Virus record (IMG/VR): IMGVR_UViG_3300047472_000309
Location: 1 to 64,000 of that record
Reading direction: 5' to 3' (one strand)
DNA: 64,000 nt
Shown here: one piece after another, positions 1-8,484 of the stretch
Layout of the letters: every line of letters begins with the position of its first letter
Position numbering within the stretch: position 1 is the stretch's first letter
Position numbers and translations under genes: made by a program
Notes under the pieces: model-generated
What the model saw: the letters and a program-made list of their open reading frames with translations, nothing else
Databases searched by the model: none
Told to the model about the DNA's origin: nothing

Positions 1-785
1 CGATTCATAACGTTGTCATAGTTCATTCCCAATGCAGCCATGGCTTCAAATACATTAGAATAGCGCACACCCTCAATCGAAACAGGCGGAGATTTAGCTC
101 GCTTTGTCTTGATAAGGGAATCACTTAACTTCCGGCGCGCTTCCTCCGAAAGCACGTGACCTATACTTGCGTGTCTAAGTTTCTCTATGTGGCTGTCGGA
201 GAAAACAATTCCTTTTCTCGCAGCAGAAAGATTTTTACGGTGTTCCTCGGACAAAACTTTGCCGACGTTAGCCTGGCGAAGTTTTTCGCGCGTTACTTCT
301 GAGACGTAGCGACCCTGCATCGCAGCACGAATCTTTTCTTTTGTCTCAGGAGAAAGCTTCTTACCAATATTCATCCGGCGCAACGCATCTTTAACTTCGA
401 AGGAATGCGTCATACCTAACATGGCATATCGTGCATTCGGTGCGCGATTAAAAAGCACTCCCAATGGCAGTAACGTATCAAGTAGCTCCTGTTCGTAGGC
501 TTGGGCCTCTTCTTCGGTTTGCGTAACGATGGTCTGAAAATAAATCTCCGGATCATCGTCGTATGCCGCTTGAAGCTCAGGAATTTCGTGAATTCCTTTT
601 CGGAGCAGATCCCGATGCTTGCGATGTCGTTCGTAAAGATGGGTAGTGCTGCCAACGTACATTTTCCCACTTTTCACATGAGTGATGACGTAAACTGCAT
701 TCAGTCTGACACTTTTGCGAAGCTGCGGCATATCTTCGAACTTCTGATGAGTAGATGTCATCAGATCAGAAACGTGAATTGTCAT
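1..785 (-). CDS. GIY-YIG homing endonuclease with NUMOD3 repeats (3' end runs off the window)
   Basis: Absent from the ORF track because there is no stop in the window. Manual translation from ATG 785 gives ...NAVYVITHVKSGKMYVGSTTHLYERHRKH (GIY-YIG motif), repeated S-x-E-x-K/R-x-K-L/I NUMOD3-like units, and a C-terminal PVSIEGVRYSNVFEA HTH. AT-richer than its neighbours. Confidence 0.9.
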   Translation of the reverse strand, partial: MTIHVSDLMTSTHQKFEDMPQLRKSVRLNAVYVITHVKSGKMYVGSTTHLYERHRKHRDLLRKGIHEIPELQAAYDDDPEIYFQTIVTQTEEEAQAYEQELLDTLLPLGVLFNRAPNARYAMLGMTHSFEVKDALRRMNIGKKLSPETKEKIRAAMQGRYVSEVTREKLRQANVGKVLSEEHRKNLSAARKGIVFSDSHIEKLRHASIGHVLSEEARRKLSDSLIKTKRAKSPPVSIEGVRYSNVFEAMAALGMNYDNVMN

Positions 786-805
786 GAGCTAATAACACCT
801 AAAGA

Positions 806-836
806 AGAAAAAAGAGGACGCCGTTAGACGCCCTCT
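806..836 (-). terminator. Intrinsic terminator after the 845-1483 gene
   Basis: Imperfect AGAGG...CCTCT stem with an A-run on the + strand, i.e. a U-run on the - strand. Confidence 0.5.
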
Positions 837-844
837 TAATCACA

Positions 845-1483
845 TCAGAGTTTACTTGCGTACGGCGATGTGGGATCTTCCCCGCCATCTGCGATCAAAG
901 CGTTCATGGCATCCCAGCACTTGAAAATGTCGTGCTGTTCGAGCAGATGCAAGTAACGATCGCCTTCGACCGGTTCGTCGAAGAAGAATTCCACATGGAA
1001 GTCCCCCTCTTCGTGACCGTCCTTATCTTTTACCACAGGCGTCTGGACGAAGCCATGCGCGGCCATCTGGTAATCATAGTGCTGCCATCCGATCTTGCCC
1101 GGATGCATGTCCACATAGGTTTCCGAATAGCCGTCAATCCGTTGGCCGTTATACATCTCCCGCACGACCGGATTAGCCACCAAGAAACGCTGCATCGAAA
1201 GGGGTGCCTGCTGAAAGGCGCCCATCTCCCAGATGCTACGAATCTCGTCGCGCTGCCACATGTGAGACACCATGCGCACCGCCGCCTTCGCGCGACGGAA
1301 TGCTTCGCTATTGCCAAAGCGCTCCCACGCACTACGGGCCGTTTCCATGAAACCCTGGCCAAACCCCGCCATCGAGCTCGACATGTTGTCGAACTGATTT
1401 TGCAGATAGCTCATGGTTCCCGGATGGGGCTCATGATAAATCACAGCGTCAAAGACGTCTGCACCTCCTGTAATTACTCGCAC
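845..1483 (-). CDS. Conserved phiKZ-like hypothetical protein (gp59-like by position)
   Basis: 212-aa ORF, GTG start with GAGGAGG RBS, directly downstream of the nvRNAP beta' gene. Confidence 0.7.
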   Translation of the reverse strand: MRVITGGADVFDAVIYHEPHPGTMSYLQNQFDNMSSSMAGFGQGFMETARSAWERFGNSEAFRRAKAAVRMVSHMWQRDEIRSIWEMGAFQQAPLSMQRFLVANPVVREMYNGQRIDGYSETYVDMHPGKIGWQHYDYQMAAHGFVQTPVVKDKDGHEEGDFHVEFFFDEPVEGDRYLHLLEQHDIFKCWDAMNALIADGGEDPTSPYASKL

Positions 1484-1496
1484 GATGTCCTCCTCG

Positions 1497-2966
1497 TTAA
1501 GCGGCTTCAGCCAACATCATCATCTTGTTCCACTTGGCTTGATCCACCGATTCGTCCGTGTCATGCAAGAAGTTCGCCGTGGTGGCAATCACCGGCTTGG
1601 GCTGCGCGAGGTTACTCGACACCTTCTTCGGCTGGTCGAGACCAAACGTGCTCTTATGCGGCGCAAGTGCCCGCAGTTCTTCCGTCGTGTAGTTATCCAG
1701 ACACGGCGTGAAGTTCAGCTGGTCACCATCGAAGTCCGCGTTCAGGCCCTTCACGTCCAGAATACTGATCGAGACGGTCGGGATCTCCACCACAGACTTC
1801 ACTTGCGTCACATACACGAGCTGCGCCGAGCCGCGTTCCAACGAGGGATTCCGCTGCATGATACACGGAATGCCTTTGTACGGGCACTCTGCAATCAGCT
1901 CCTGGAACAACTGATCCAGGTCCTCGTTGTAAATCGACGCGTGCTTGTTCAGGAACGCGATCCCTTCGTTCGGTGTATAGCCGCGCCGTATCAGCTTGTT
2001 CATCAAGTGGATACGGAACACCGACAGACCGATCCCCCACGGAATGTGGATTTCCTCGTAATCGTGCGCATCCGTCAACGACGAGATCACCGCACGGAAC
2101 GAGAAATGGGACCGAGAGCCGAACACGTGCTTACGGAAAATCCCCTGCTTCTTGGCGAGTGTGGTCTTATACAGACCCTCGTAAAACTCCGCCAATTGCG
2201 AGATCGTCTTCACGGTCCGATTCTCTTTCACACGCACGGTGTGAGAGGTCAGGGAGGAATCGATGCCTGCCATCATGCGAATCGCATCCACCGCACCGGT
2301 GATGATGGGGTCCACATAGGTGCCGACGTTGCTCTCCTCAATCACGAGAAGCGCCCGGTTCGGCAACGGCAGGTGATCGCTAAACACGCAGTCCCGTTGA
2401 TTGCGTATCGCCGTCATGAGCTCCAGATGCTCCTCACTCTTGCGATACTCCTTGAGATCCATGAGCAACGCCATGATCTCGTCGAACTTGTTCACGAAGT
2501 TGTTCAACCCACGCGGGCAGTTCAACTCCTCCAGCCGATACACGACCTGAGGTTTACGCACCGGCGGCGCGTAGTTCGTGTCACAAATCCAGCGAATGAT
2601 CTCATAACCACTGCGGGTGAATCGCTTCTTGAGCATCATCCACACGATCGGGTTGATCAGGCCATCAACGCCTTTCGGCCTTCTGATCCACACGATCGGT
2701 TCGAGGTCACGCTCCACATGCGAGCGCACTTCTGTGCCACAGGAGCTACATACCACACCGACGTTGTAGCCACCAACGATCTCGCCACATTCGCACGACG
2801 GCAGATTGCTCAGCAAATCGCCCGAATAGGTGGTATAGATCAGTCGGTTAAACTCTTGCCGATCCTTCTCCGATGATTCCGCAATCTCGTTGATGATCTT
2901 CGGCTCTCGCGTCGAGTGTTGGTAAAACAGCTCGTTGAAATTGATCAAACTGAGTCTTACGCCCAC
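1497..2966 (-). CDS. Non-virion RNA polymerase beta'-like catalytic subunit (phiKZ gp55-like)
   Basis: NADFDGD catalytic motif, N-terminal zinc-binding CECG...CSSC, QRNPSL motif; lies immediately after chimallin; AAACAAGGAG RBS. Confidence 0.95.
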   Translation of the reverse strand: MGVRLSLINFNELFYQHSTREPKIINEIAESSEKDRQEFNRLIYTTYSGDLLSNLPSCECGEIVGGYNVGVVCSSCGTEVRSHVERDLEPIVWIRRPKGVDGLINPIVWMMLKKRFTRSGYEIIRWICDTNYAPPVRKPQVVYRLEELNCPRGLNNFVNKFDEIMALLMDLKEYRKSEEHLELMTAIRNQRDCVFSDHLPLPNRALLVIEESNVGTYVDPIITGAVDAIRMMAGIDSSLTSHTVRVKENRTVKTISQLAEFYEGLYKTTLAKKQGIFRKHVFGSRSHFSFRAVISSLTDAHDYEEIHIPWGIGLSVFRIHLMNKLIRRGYTPNEGIAFLNKHASIYNEDLDQLFQELIAECPYKGIPCIMQRNPSLERGSAQLVYVTQVKSVVEIPTVSISILDVKGLNADFDGDQLNFTPCLDNYTTEELRALAPHKSTFGLDQPKKVSSNLAQPKPVIATTANFLHDTDESVDQAKWNKMMMLAEAA

Positions 2967-3045
2967 TCGTTTCTCCTTGTTTCCTGTTTACTCGGGTACG
3001 GAATACCACTAGCTAGATGATACTCCAATAGATACCTCACCCCTG

Positions 3046-3081
3046 TAAAAAGAAAAAAAAGAGGGACCCGAAGGCCCCTCT
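3046..3081 (-). terminator. Intrinsic terminator after chimallin
   Basis: GAGGG-ACCCGAAGGC-CCCTC hairpin preceded by a long A-run on the + strand. Confidence 0.8.
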
Positions 3082-3131
3082 TTCGACCGCTTACGCGGAA
3101 ATGGTTACTGCTGCGCTACGTGTTCAGCTGC

Positions 3132-5042
3132 TTACCAGCGCGAGCTGAAGCCCGTGCGGCCCCAGCCAGCGCCTTGGTTCGACTGACCGCCGAAGCCTGC
3201 CGCGAACAGACCGGTTGCACCCGGCGCCATGAGCAGGCCGTTGGCGAACTGCGCCGTTGCACGCTCTTGACCCGCGACGTCGCCGAACGGGTATTGTGCA
3301 CGCAGGACGAGACCCGCATCCACGCAGCCCTTGGCCAGCGCTTCCATGAACGCACCGTCCAGCGTTGCACGACGTGCGAAACCCGTGAAGGTTGCATCGC
3401 CGACCAGACCCTGGATGATGTTCTTGCGACGCGCGAGACGCTGCGCGGGCGAGATTTGCAGATTGACGAACGTGTCGCTCCAGTCCTTGATGACCGTCGG
3501 GTCCTTCTCGCCGATCAGGTTCGCTACCGCGAGGTAGTCGATGTCGCGGATGTCGCGCTTGCGACCTTGCTGGTCGACGTACCAACCCAGGTGAATGCGG
3601 TTGTTGTTGTCGAACGCAACGCGGCCCGTGCCGTTCGTGTAGTGCTTCAGGAAGTTGCCGTTCGTCAGCGTCTGCGCTGCTTCGATGATGAACTCGTTGG
3701 CCTTCGGGCTGCCTTCAGCAGCAGCCGCGAACACCGAGTTCGACCAGGTCGACGGACCGCATTCCGGCACGTCGATCGAGAGCAGCAGGCCCGGACGCAC
3801 GAAAGCTTGCAGCAGCTTGTGCAGCGTGCCTTGTGCCGTGAACGCGTCCGACTTCGTGTCGATGCGCGCGCCGATGCCGTTCGCGTTGCCTTCCGGATTC
3901 GCTTCGATACCGATTGCACCGATGTCGTGCATGTCGATGCCTTGCGCGTAAGGACGCGGTGCGAAACCACGTGCCCAGGCGTTGCCGTCGCGCAGCGTGA
4001 GCGCCTGAACCAGCGCGAACAGCTGTGCCGGAACGGTCATCAGCTCGAGCGTTTCCAGGTGCGTCATCACGAAGTGCGTGATGTACAGCGGGTTGAACTG
4101 CTGTTGCTGCGCTTGACCCCACTGCGCGTACGGGTTCGCGGTCGGCGCGACCGGGTCCCACACGAGGTCGAGGAAGCCGCCGACTTGCGAGACCTTCGTC
4201 GCGCGTGCGTCTGCGTTGGCGCCCTGGCCGGTCGTGATTGCCGTGGCGATCAGGTCGATCATCACGTCGGTGCGGATCGGCTCGCCGACCGGGTCGACCA
4301 GTTGGTCGTGGTTGAACGCGACGCGCGCGGTCAGGTTCGAGTCGCGTGCTGCGCCAGCCAGGTTCAGGTCGCGGAAGTCCGTGCGCATGCGGTTCAGTTC
4401 GTGGTTCGCGGCAAACAGGGCGTTCGCGGCGAGCTGGTACACGAGCTGTTCGTCTGCGACGTCGAACGAACGCGGCACGACTTCGGCTTCAGCGTCGATC
4501 AGACGCGCGCCGTTGAAGGTACGGGCCACGGCATCGGCCACGACTTCGCGGAACTTGTCGTCCCACACGTCGCCGTCGACACGCTGGATTTCGACGTTCT
4601 GGCCGTTGATCTGGTCGTACTTCGGCGGGAACGGTTCGCCCGAGCCTGCGAGGATCAGCGTGTGGTACGCGACGCCCAGGTCCAGGTCGTTCTTGTCGAA
4701 CAGCGCCACGATGAGCGCCGAGCGCGCGATCGCCGGGTTGTTGTTCATGTCGAGCGGCAGCAGCTTGATCTCGAAAGCCGGGTTCGCCGACTTGTACGTT
4801 TCGATCAGTGCCTTCTCGAGCTTGACGAGCACTTCAGCGGCCGGGTTGCGACCCATCGGTGCGTTGCCCAGGCGGCCGAGCGAGCGGAAGCTGAAGCCCG
4901 CCGGTGCGGATTGTTGTTGCTGGTTCATGGTGCCTCGCGGTTGAGAGTTCTGGTTGTCCTTGGCCCGGCTGAAGCCTGCTGCCATTTGCGTTTCTGCCGG
5001 AGCTGCTGCTTGGCCTTCTTGGCCCGGTTGTTCGATTGCCAT
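3132..5042 (-). CDS. chmA: Chimallin, major phage nuclear shell protein (phiKZ gp54-like)
   Basis: 636 aa, the typical size. Directly upstream of nvRNAP beta'. Extreme codon bias suggests very high expression. Q/G-rich flexible N- and C-tails; early promoter upstream. Confidence 0.9.
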   Translation of the reverse strand: MAIEQPGQEGQAAAPAETQMAAGFSRAKDNQNSQPRGTMNQQQQSAPAGFSFRSLGRLGNAPMGRNPAAEVLVKLEKALIETYKSANPAFEIKLLPLDMNNNPAIARSALIVALFDKNDLDLGVAYHTLILAGSGEPFPPKYDQINGQNVEIQRVDGDVWDDKFREVVADAVARTFNGARLIDAEAEVVPRSFDVADEQLVYQLAANALFAANHELNRMRTDFRDLNLAGAARDSNLTARVAFNHDQLVDPVGEPIRTDVMIDLIATAITTGQGANADARATKVSQVGGFLDLVWDPVAPTANPYAQWGQAQQQQFNPLYITHFVMTHLETLELMTVPAQLFALVQALTLRDGNAWARGFAPRPYAQGIDMHDIGAIGIEANPEGNANGIGARIDTKSDAFTAQGTLHKLLQAFVRPGLLLSIDVPECGPSTWSNSVFAAAAEGSPKANEFIIEAAQTLTNGNFLKHYTNGTGRVAFDNNNRIHLGWYVDQQGRKRDIRDIDYLAVANLIGEKDPTVIKDWSDTFVNLQISPAQRLARRKNIIQGLVGDATFTGFARRATLDGAFMEALAKGCVDAGLVLRAQYPFGDVAGQERATAQFANGLLMAPGATGLFAAGFGGQSNQGAGWGRTGFSSRW

Positions 5043-5127
5043 AGTGCTATTCCTTGTTTCAGAATTATCGTTTAATACACTCGAGTGTATGCTAGAAAAG
5101 AGCGATACTCTATTCCAACACAGGTTA

Positions 5128-5156
5128 GTAATATAGGTCTAACAAATCTTTGAATC
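5128..5156 (-). promoter_or_regulatory. Early (virion RNAP) promoter for chmA
   Basis: GATTCAAAGATTTGTTAGACCTATATTAC on the - strand. TATATTAC is the phiKZ early promoter core. 28/29 identical to 44334-44362. Confidence 0.85.
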
Positions 5157-5297
5157 GTGCCTTTATTACTAACTTCTGCTGGAACAAGATCAAACCTCGC
5201 TCATAGGGGGGTCCCCTAGCCAGTGGGTAAGACTGGCTAGGAGTAAAGACAGCGGTTTAGACTGTCTCTATACCATAGGCATTATCGCAGTAAGAAT

Positions 5298-5942
5298 TTA
5301 CTTCGCCAATTCTGCCTGGCGACGCTGCTTGCGCGGCATCGCTTTGTGCTGCTGGAGCTTCTGGGCGGCGAGCTCCGCGTCCGTGTACTGGACGTTGGTG
5401 GTAACACCAATGTAGGGTCGCTTCAGGGCCACCTTCACTTCGCCGTCGTCTTGACGATACACGGCGATGTTGCCGGTCATGATGCCGTGGTACCATTGGC
5501 CGTCGAAGAGTGCTGCGATTTCCGGCTGATGATCGAACTCGCGCTTCTCGTGACAAATGAGCAAGTACTTGACCAGTCCCCACTCACAGGTACGGGCCGA
5601 CGCCGGTTGCGGCCGGTGCGCCATGAACTGCCAAAAGCGTTGCTGCTTCAAGTAGTTCAGATAGGCTTCTTGCTGTTGCGCCATCTGCATGGCCTGCTCG
5701 ACCTGTTCCGGGGTTTGTTCCGGATTGGCAGCCAGGCCTTCGAGCGTGATCTGTTCCAGTTCGTCGGCGTTCATCACGTCGTCGAGTACCGGCACGCTTT
5801 TACGCGGTTCGGCTTCGGCTTGTTCCCGCATGGCTTGTTCGACCATGAGACCCTCTTGGATCTCAGCCAGTCGCGCAGCTTCTTCTTCCGAGACGGGCAA
5901 CGCAGCCGCGCTCTCTACCTTAACATCCATCATCAGTTCCAC
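5298..5942 (-). CDS. Hypothetical protein, acidic N-half and basic C-tail
   Basis: 214-aa ORF with phage-like codon usage; last gene of an overlapping operon. Confidence 0.75.
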   Translation of the reverse strand: MELMMDVKVESAAALPVSEEEAARLAEIQEGLMVEQAMREQAEAEPRKSVPVLDDVMNADELEQITLEGLAANPEQTPEQVEQAMQMAQQQEAYLNYLKQQRFWQFMAHRPQPASARTCEWGLVKYLLICHEKREFDHQPEIAALFDGQWYHGIMTGNIAVYRQDDGEVKVALKRPYIGVTTNVQYTDAELAAQKLQQHKAMPRKQRRQAELAK

Positions 5943-6418
5943 CGATCGCGTTTTCTGTTCTTGGGCAAGGCGGGCCGCTGGGAGCTTTTCCCAGGGTTAT
6001 TCACCTTGAATGCGGGCATAGCGTGTACAACTTCTGCCAAGCCCAATGGCTCGACGTCACTTCTCATGGGATGCACCATCCCAGTAAGTTTTTCCTGGAT
6101 CTTGCGCTCACTCATGCCGCGACTCTTAAGCTCAACGCGCAATTCTTCGGGTGAAGCAATCACAATCAGGGGCAACTTGGCAGCACGAATCGCCTCAATA
6201 ACGTGGGGTGCATGTAAGGCGTGCTCCACGTAAAGAATCGGCAACTCCCGGAAAGCACCTTTATGCTGGGACGTGAGCTCCATGACAGGGGTGCCATCCG
6301 GTAGCGCCACGGTGAGGGGTTCGATGCTCTGGTCGATCGGCTCCAAATAAGCCTTGGTCGCTTCGCGCAGCTGCTCGATGACCCGCGCGCATTCTTCATC
6401 CCGGTTCATTCCCACCAC
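5933..6418 (-). CDS. Hypothetical protein ending ...RKRDRWN
   Basis: 161-aa ORF overlapping both neighbours; GGGAGG RBS. Confidence 0.7.
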   Translation of the reverse strand: [161 protein letters not shown]

Positions 6419-6720
6419 CTCCCTTTCTTGTAGCGTGAGCCCGACTTCGGCCCATGCTTACGTTTCTTCTTACCCCGGCGTTCATCGCGTGAACGATAGT
6501 CTTCCATCGGACCCTGATTCATGTTGGTGTATGTCTTGGCTCCGGTGCTCGCGTTCCCGTACAACGCCACGCTACTGGTATCGTTAACTGCTGCCTGAAG
6601 GGCGATCTGAACCGCAGCGCTGCGTAAGAGCGAACGGGCGTAGCCTGTACGGCCACCCGGCAAGATATGGCCGATGGTGCCCACATTCACGTGCGGCTTG
6701 GTGCGCTCAAACTTCGCCAT
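6406..6720 (-). CDS. Small protein with an EF-Tu-identical N-terminal peptide
   Basis: ATG 6720 with GGAGGAG RBS. Starts [18 protein letters not shown], then unrelated sequence; basic tail ending GRWWE. Confidence 0.8.
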   Translation of the reverse strand: [104 protein letters not shown]

Positions 6721-6997
6721 CTTTCTTCTCCTCCGGCGCGCTCGCACAGACTTTACAACACATCCGGCGCTTGTAGCCCAGGAAGTGATGTCGGCAGTGT
6801 AGGCAGATACATTCGTACATGCCGTTTTCGTGCGGGAAGTCTTCCGGCCAGTGGCGTTCTTTACTGTCCGGATGCTTACGATTGAAGCCGGTGATAATCG
6901 CTGCGTCTAGCTTATCGCGCTGGGCTTCCAGCCGCTTGAGAATCGCGGCTTTAGCGATCTCGGCAGGAGTGGGTTGGAGTTGGATCTCGTCGCTCAT
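6707..6997 (-). CDS. Small zinc-ribbon protein
   Basis: Start MSDEIQ in an ATGA overlap; CICLHC...CCKVC cysteine pairs. Confidence 0.75.
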   Translation of the reverse strand: MSDEIQLQPTPAEIAKAAILKRLEAQRDKLDAAIITGFNRKHPDSKERHWPEDFPHENGMYECICLHCRHHFLGYKRRMCCKVCASAPEEKKDGEV

Positions 6998-7218
6998 GCT
7001 GCTTCTCGTTCTTGGTATCGTTCTAGTGTTGCTTCGGCTTCTTCGAGCGCCGCACGCACTTCCGCTAGGCGGTTGGCTGCTTCCTCGACCGTCCAAGCTT
7101 CGCCACCCCGTTGGGCACTGTGCGCTATCCGGCTAAACTGATGCTGGATAGCACGCGCACCCCGCTCTTGTTCTTGTCGCCATGACGGCGCCCATGGTTT
7201 ATTCTGACGCTTGGCCAT
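6994..7218 (-). CDS. Hypothetical coiled-coil protein
   Basis: 74-aa ORF whose stop overlaps the next start (ATGA). Confidence 0.7.
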   Translation of the reverse strand: MAKRQNKPWAPSWRQEQERGARAIQHQFSRIAHSAQRGGEAWTVEEAANRLAEVRAALEEAEATLERYQEREAA

Positions 7219-7224
7219 GCTAGT

Positions 7225-7473
7225 TCACCGGTGATTCCACCACTGACGACTACGTTGGTTCTTGGTTCGCTTGGCTTGTCGCTCACGTTGCGCTTGACGC
7301 TCTTCCGCAGGTGTGAGGGGCGCTGCCATGTAGCTCAGTTCTTCTTCCGAGTACGGGTTGGGGGTGGGCGGACAGATCTGATTGAACACCCGTTGCGCGG
7401 GACTGTGCGACTTCATAGGTGCGGCGTAAGGTGGCGAAGTGACGGGTTTCTTGTAATCGCGTGAATCAAACAT
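7225..7473 (-). CDS. Hypothetical basic protein ending RSRQWWNHR
   Basis: Start MFDSRDY at 7473 with AGGAG RBS; the longer 5' extension in the track overlaps the next gene. Confidence 0.65.
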   Translation of the reverse strand: [82 protein letters not shown]

Positions 7474-7481
7474 CTCGACTC

Positions 7482-7661
7482 CTAGAAGGCGTACCACATC
7501 AACCAAGCGACGGCGGAGATCAAGCAGCCGATTACCAAGAAGCCAGCCGCGGCAATGCTTTGGAACGGCACCCGCTCCGGCGTCGCCAGACCCAGGGCCG
7601 GTAGCCCCACACAAAACACCGTGATCCAGATCGGCAACCAGTAGGAATGAAAGGAGATCAT
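7482..7661 (-). CDS. Small two-TM membrane protein (59 aa, not in track)
   Basis: MISFHSYWLPIWITVFCVGLPALGLA...AAAGFLVIGCLISAVAWLMWYAF; ATGA overlap with the upstream gene; fills the operon gap. Confidence 0.7.
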   Translation of the reverse strand: MISFHSYWLPIWITVFCVGLPALGLATPERVPFQSIAAAGFLVIGCLISAVAWLMWYAF

Positions 7662-8014
7662 GTCGTGGTCAGAATGTTGGGCAAGGCGAGGAGGATGTTC
7701 TCGAGCGCCTTGGGCACACCTCGGTCACGGGCCGAACCGCGCGACATGACAAACGGAAAGTAGGCTTTGATCTTGTCGACCAATGCCGTATCGGCCACGT
7801 CGCACGTGTAGATGCTGGTATTGGCATCCGGCGTGCCTTGGAACATGTCGATCAAGAGCGCACAGGCGCGCGACATGTAGGGCTCGGCCGCGATGTCCTT
7901 CTCGTCGAAGACTTCCGGATGCTGACGGATAAAGCTGGTCCAACCACGGATAATCCCGACACTGGCGAGAAGGTTATTCGGCTCCACGGTTTCCCGTGTT
8001 TGATCGAAATTCAT
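7658..8014 (-). CDS. Hypothetical protein
   Basis: Start MNFDQ in an ATGA overlap with 8011-8265. Confidence 0.7.
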   Translation of the reverse strand: MNFDQTRETVEPNNLLASVGIIRGWTSFIRQHPEVFDEKDIAAEPYMSRACALLIDMFQGTPDANTSIYTCDVADTALVDKIKAYFPFVMSRGSARDRGVPKALENILLALPNILTTT

Positions 8015-8265
8015 TTGCGTTTTCTCCGACGTTCTTTCTTGGGGGTGTTCCACCACTCGCGCTGACGACTGTATTTAGTCTCGAAGATGTTACTCTTCGG
8101 CACGCCTTCGGTTTCAACACTGATATAGGAACTGTTAGCGAGGACTTCGACGATGGCTTTGGTGACGGTTGCGCTTGGCCCCACGTTCACCAGGAGAATC
8201 TTCTGCTGGCCTGTGATCGCATGACGAATCGCACGCAGGTCCTCATCATCGACGACGGCAGTCAT
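8011..8265 (-). CDS. Hypothetical protein with basic tail RQREWWNTPKKERRRKRK
   Basis: 84-aa ORF with AAGGA RBS; first gene of the operon. Confidence 0.7.
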   Translation of the reverse strand: MTAVVDDEDLRAIRHAITGQQKILLVNVGPSATVTKAIVEVLANSSYISVETEGVPKSNIFETKYSRQREWWNTPKKERRRKRK

Positions 8266-8484
8266 TCCACGATTCCTTCAAATACCCAGCGCCGCAGGGC
8301 AGCTTGAGCAGCAATCTGGCGATCCAATGCACCCCGACGGTAGCCGCTCACGCGCTGCGAATTTCCGTTTGCATTGGTATTACGAATGCGCACGGGATTC
8401 TTGATCGTCGTGCGTTTAACTACGTTTACCCCGAACATCAGCTGGCCTCATCGTATGCTTATCTGACTAATATAGGACGTTTCT

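Noticed and set aside
3120-5075. 651-aa + strand ORF exactly antisense to chimallin
   Set aside because: Shadow ORF caused by strong codon bias; R/V/L-rich, with no RBS or motifs
6406-6747. Annotating this gene as EF-Tu (tuf)
   Set aside because: Only 16 residues match; the P-loop GKT and all GTPase domains are missing
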